From: Eledone cirrhosa
Lineage: Eukaryota
DNA length: 64,000 nucleotides
Direction of reading: 5' to 3'
Assembly (NCBI GenBank): GCA_964016885.1
Contig: OZ024742.1
Span: forward strand, 346,766,001 to 346,830,000
Position numbers and translations under genes: made by a program. Below the pieces are notes generated by a model. That model worked only from the letters and a program-made list of their open reading frames with translations. It was not told the DNA's origin and ran no database searches. Position 1 is the first letter of the stretch, and every line of letters starts with the position of its first letter. Shown here piece after piece: positions 61,401 to 64,000 of the stretch.

Positions 61401-64000
61401 CGTAATATAAGCCTACATTAAGATACTTGTAATATAATCCAACATTAAGATATTTGTAATATAAGCCTACATTAAGATACGTGTAATATAAGCCAACATT
61501 AAGATACTTGTATTATAAGCCTACATTAAGATACTTGTAATATAAGACTACATTAAGATACTTGTAATATAAGCCAACATTGAGATACTTGTAATATAAG
61601 CCAACATTAAAATACTTGTAATATAAGCCTACATTAAGATACTCGTAATATAAGCCTACATTAAGATACTTGTATTATAAGCCCACATTAAGATACTTGT
61701 AATATAAGCCCATATTAAATACTTGTAATATAAGCCTACATTAAGATACTCGTAATATAAGTCTACATTAAGATACGTGTATTATAAGCCTACATTAAGA
61801 TACTTGTAATATAAGCCTTCATTAAGATACTTGTAATATAAGCCAACATTAAAATACATGTAATATAAGCCTACATTAAGATACTTGTAATATAAGCCTA
61901 CATTAAGATACTTGTAATATAATCCCACATTATGATACTTGTAATGTAAGCCAACATTAAGATACTTGTAATATAAGCCAATATTAAGATACTTGTAATA
62001 GAAGCCTACATTAAGATACTTGTAATATAATCCCACATTAAGATACTTGTAATATAAGCCAGCATTAAGATACTTGTAATATAAGTCTACATTAAGATAC
62101 TTGTAATATAAGCCTATATTAAGATACGCGTAATATAAGCCCACATTAAGATACTTGTAATATAAGCCTACATTAACATACTTGTAATATAAGCCCACAT
62201 TAAGATACTTGTAATATAAGCCAACATTAAGATACTTGTAATATAATCCCACATTAAGATACGTGTAATATAAGCCTACATTAAGATACTTGTAATATAA
62301 TCCCACATTAAGATACTTGTAATATAAGCCTACATTAAGATACTTGTATTATAAGCCTACATTAAGATACTTGTATTATAAGCCCACATTAAGATACTTG
62401 TAATATAATCCCACATTAAGATACTTGTAATATAATCCCACATTACGATACTTGTTATATAATCCCACATTAAAATACTTGTAATATAAGCCGACATTAA
62501 GATACTTGTAATATAATCCCACATTAAGATATTTGTAATATAAGACTACATTAAGATACGTGTAATATAAGCCAACATTAACATACTTGTAATATAAGCC
62601 TACATTAAGATACTCGTAATATAAGCCTACATTAAGATACTTGTAATATAAGCCTACATTAAGATACGTTTAATATAAGCCAACATTAAGATACTTGTAA
62701 TATAATCCCACATTAAGATACTTGTAATATAAGCCAGCATTAAGATACATGTAATATAAGTCTACGTTAAGATACTTGTAATATAAGCCTACATTAAGAT
62801 ACTTGTAATATAAGCCTACATTAAGATACTTGTATTATAAGCCTCCATTAAGATACTTGTAATATAAGTCTACATTAAGATACTCGTAATATAAGCCTAC
62901 ATTAAGATACTTGTAATATAAGCCAACATTAAGATACTTGTAATATAAGCCTACATTAAGATACTTGTAATATAAGCCAACATTAAGATATTTGTATTAT
63001 AAGCCTACATTAAGATACTTGTAATATAATCCCACATTAAGATACTTATAATATAATCCCACATTAAGATACGTGTAATATAAGCCTACATTAAGATACG
63101 TGTAATATAAGCCAACATTAAGATACTTGTAATATAAGCCCAAATTAAGATAATTGTAATATAAGCCTACATTAAGATACTCGTAATATAAGTCTACATT
63201 AAGATACGTGTAATATAAGCCAACATTAAGATACTTGTATTATAAGCCCACATTAAGATACTAGTAATATAAGCCCACATTAAGATACTTGTAATATAAG
63301 CCAACATTAAGATACTTATAATATAAGCCTACATTAAGATACTTGTATTATAACCCTACATTAAGATACTTGTATTATAAGCCCACATTAAGATACTTGT
63401 AATATAATCCCACATTACGATACTTGTTATATAATCCCACATTAAAATACTTGTAATATAAGCCTACATTAAGATACATGTAATATAATCCCACATTAAG
63501 ATATTTGTAATATAAGCCTACATTATGATACTTGTAATATAAGCCAACATTAAGATACTTGTAATATAAGCCTACATTAAGATACTTGTATTATAAGCCC
63601 ACATTAAGATACTTGTAATATAATCCTTCATTAAGATACTTGTAATATAACCTACATTAAGATACTTGTAATATAATCCTACATTAAGATACTTGTATTA
63701 TAAGCCTACATTAAGATACTTGTATTATAAGCCCACATTAAGATACTTGTAATATAAGCCTACATTAAGATACTTGTAATATAAGCCTACAATAAGATAC
63801 TTGTAAAATAAGTCTACATTAAGATACTTGTAATATAAGCCTACATTAAGATACTTGTAATATAAGCCTACATTAAGATACTTGTAATATAAGCCTACAT
63901 TAAGATACTTGTATTATAAGCCTACATTAAGATACGTGTAATATAAGCCAACATTAAGCTACTTGTATTATAAGTCTACATTAAGATACTCGTAATATAA
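49500..64000. repeat. Second subfamily domain of the same 27-bp satellite, with different diagnostic variants and fewer W=T monomers
   Basis: Left-domain markers stop: last CCTAGG 48567, GCGAAAATT 48809, GATAGTTG ~48982, GATGCT ~49333. New markers appear: CCAGCATT, ACTAGT, ACGTTTAAT, AAGCTAC and the 26-bp TATAACCTAC monomer. Confidence 0.8.
53400..64000. repeat. Higher-order duplications in the right domain: ~3.35-3.40 kb offset and a 5,748-bp offset copy (~56.6-58.25 kb repeated at ~62.3-64.0 kb)
   Basis: ACTAGT at 54165, 57512, 63260 (offsets 3347, 5748). AAGCTAC at 54834, 58208, 63956 (3374, 5748). CGTTT at 53518, 56919, 62667 (3401, 5748). Identical translated ORFs at 55710 and 59084 (offset 3374). 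Confidence 0.85.

Larger units (their letters stand above)
1..64000. repeat. 27-bp tandem satellite array, consensus ACATTAAGATACTTGTAWTATAAGCCN, ~2,370 head-to-tail monomers, running off both window ends
   Basis: CATTAAG recurs every 27 bp from position 2 to 63979. 63979-2 = 63977, and adding the 13 deleted bases I located gives 63990 = 2370 x 27 exactly. No non-repeat sequence or inversion seen. Confidence 0.99.

Noticed and set aside
1005-61725. Singleton deletions at ~1011, ~13254, ~24305, ~50771, ~60478 and ~61718 as biological events
   Set aside because: Most can be read as shortened homopolymers (CCAA to CA, TTAAAAT to TTAAAT, CTTTT to CTTT), typical of long-read consensus error, and the duplicated sister copies I could identify (for ~1011, ~13254, ~24305) lack them. 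Not interpretable without raw reads.
15891-62306. Eleven minus-strand ORFs of 61-174 aa encoding (VGLYYKYLN)n
   Set aside because: They are runs of W=A monomers in a 27-bp (9-codon) repeat. Starts are incidental GTG/TTG/ATG variants, stops are the common W=T allele, and there is no unique coding sequence or domain. Not called as CDS.
1-64000. CRISPR array (repeat length 27 bp, partial palindrome)
   Set aside because: Repeats are directly adjacent with no unique spacers, no leader and no cas genes.
1-64000. Telomerase-type long telomeric repeat as in budding yeasts
   Set aside because: No G-rich strand (3 G vs 4 C per monomer), and kilobase-scale duplicated variant patterns indicate recombinational amplification rather than templated addition. 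A recombination-maintained terminal array cannot be excluded without chromosomal context.
1-64000. TATAAG/TATAAT motifs as TATA or -10 promoter boxes
   Set aside because: Present in thousands of monomers as part of an AT-rich unit, with no downstream gene.
1-64000. Inversions, embedded transposon fragments or unique islands within the array
   Set aside because: None seen; the monomer orientation is constant and phase accounting closes exactly across the window.
1-64000. Assignment to a named satellite family or organism
   Set aside because: I do not recognise the monomer; a BLASTN or Repbase/Dfam search with a monomer dimer is needed.

Overview
The whole 64 kb window is one uninterrupted head-to-tail tandem array of an AT-rich (~26% GC) 27-bp monomer, consensus ACATTAAGATACTTGTAWTATAAGCCN (N mostly T, then C/A, rarely G), about 2,370 copies, all in the same orientation. 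I saw no unique sequence, spacers, genes, RNA genes or mobile elements. The listed minus-strand ORFs (VGLYYKYLN repeats) arise because 27 bp = 9 codons. Rare variant monomers reveal nested kilobase-scale duplications (offsets of 30, 43, 76-83, 101-114, 124-126, 161, 204 and 213 monomers) and a change of subfamily near 49.5 kb. The 27-bp phase is almost perfectly kept: 12 small deletions totalling 13 bp account for all phase drift. The dimorphic W base is the centre of a 13-bp pseudo-palindrome and toggles a TAA/TAT codon reciprocally on the two strands. The most likely interpretation is satellite DNA from a eukaryotic long-read assembly; the organism and function cannot be determined from the sequence.
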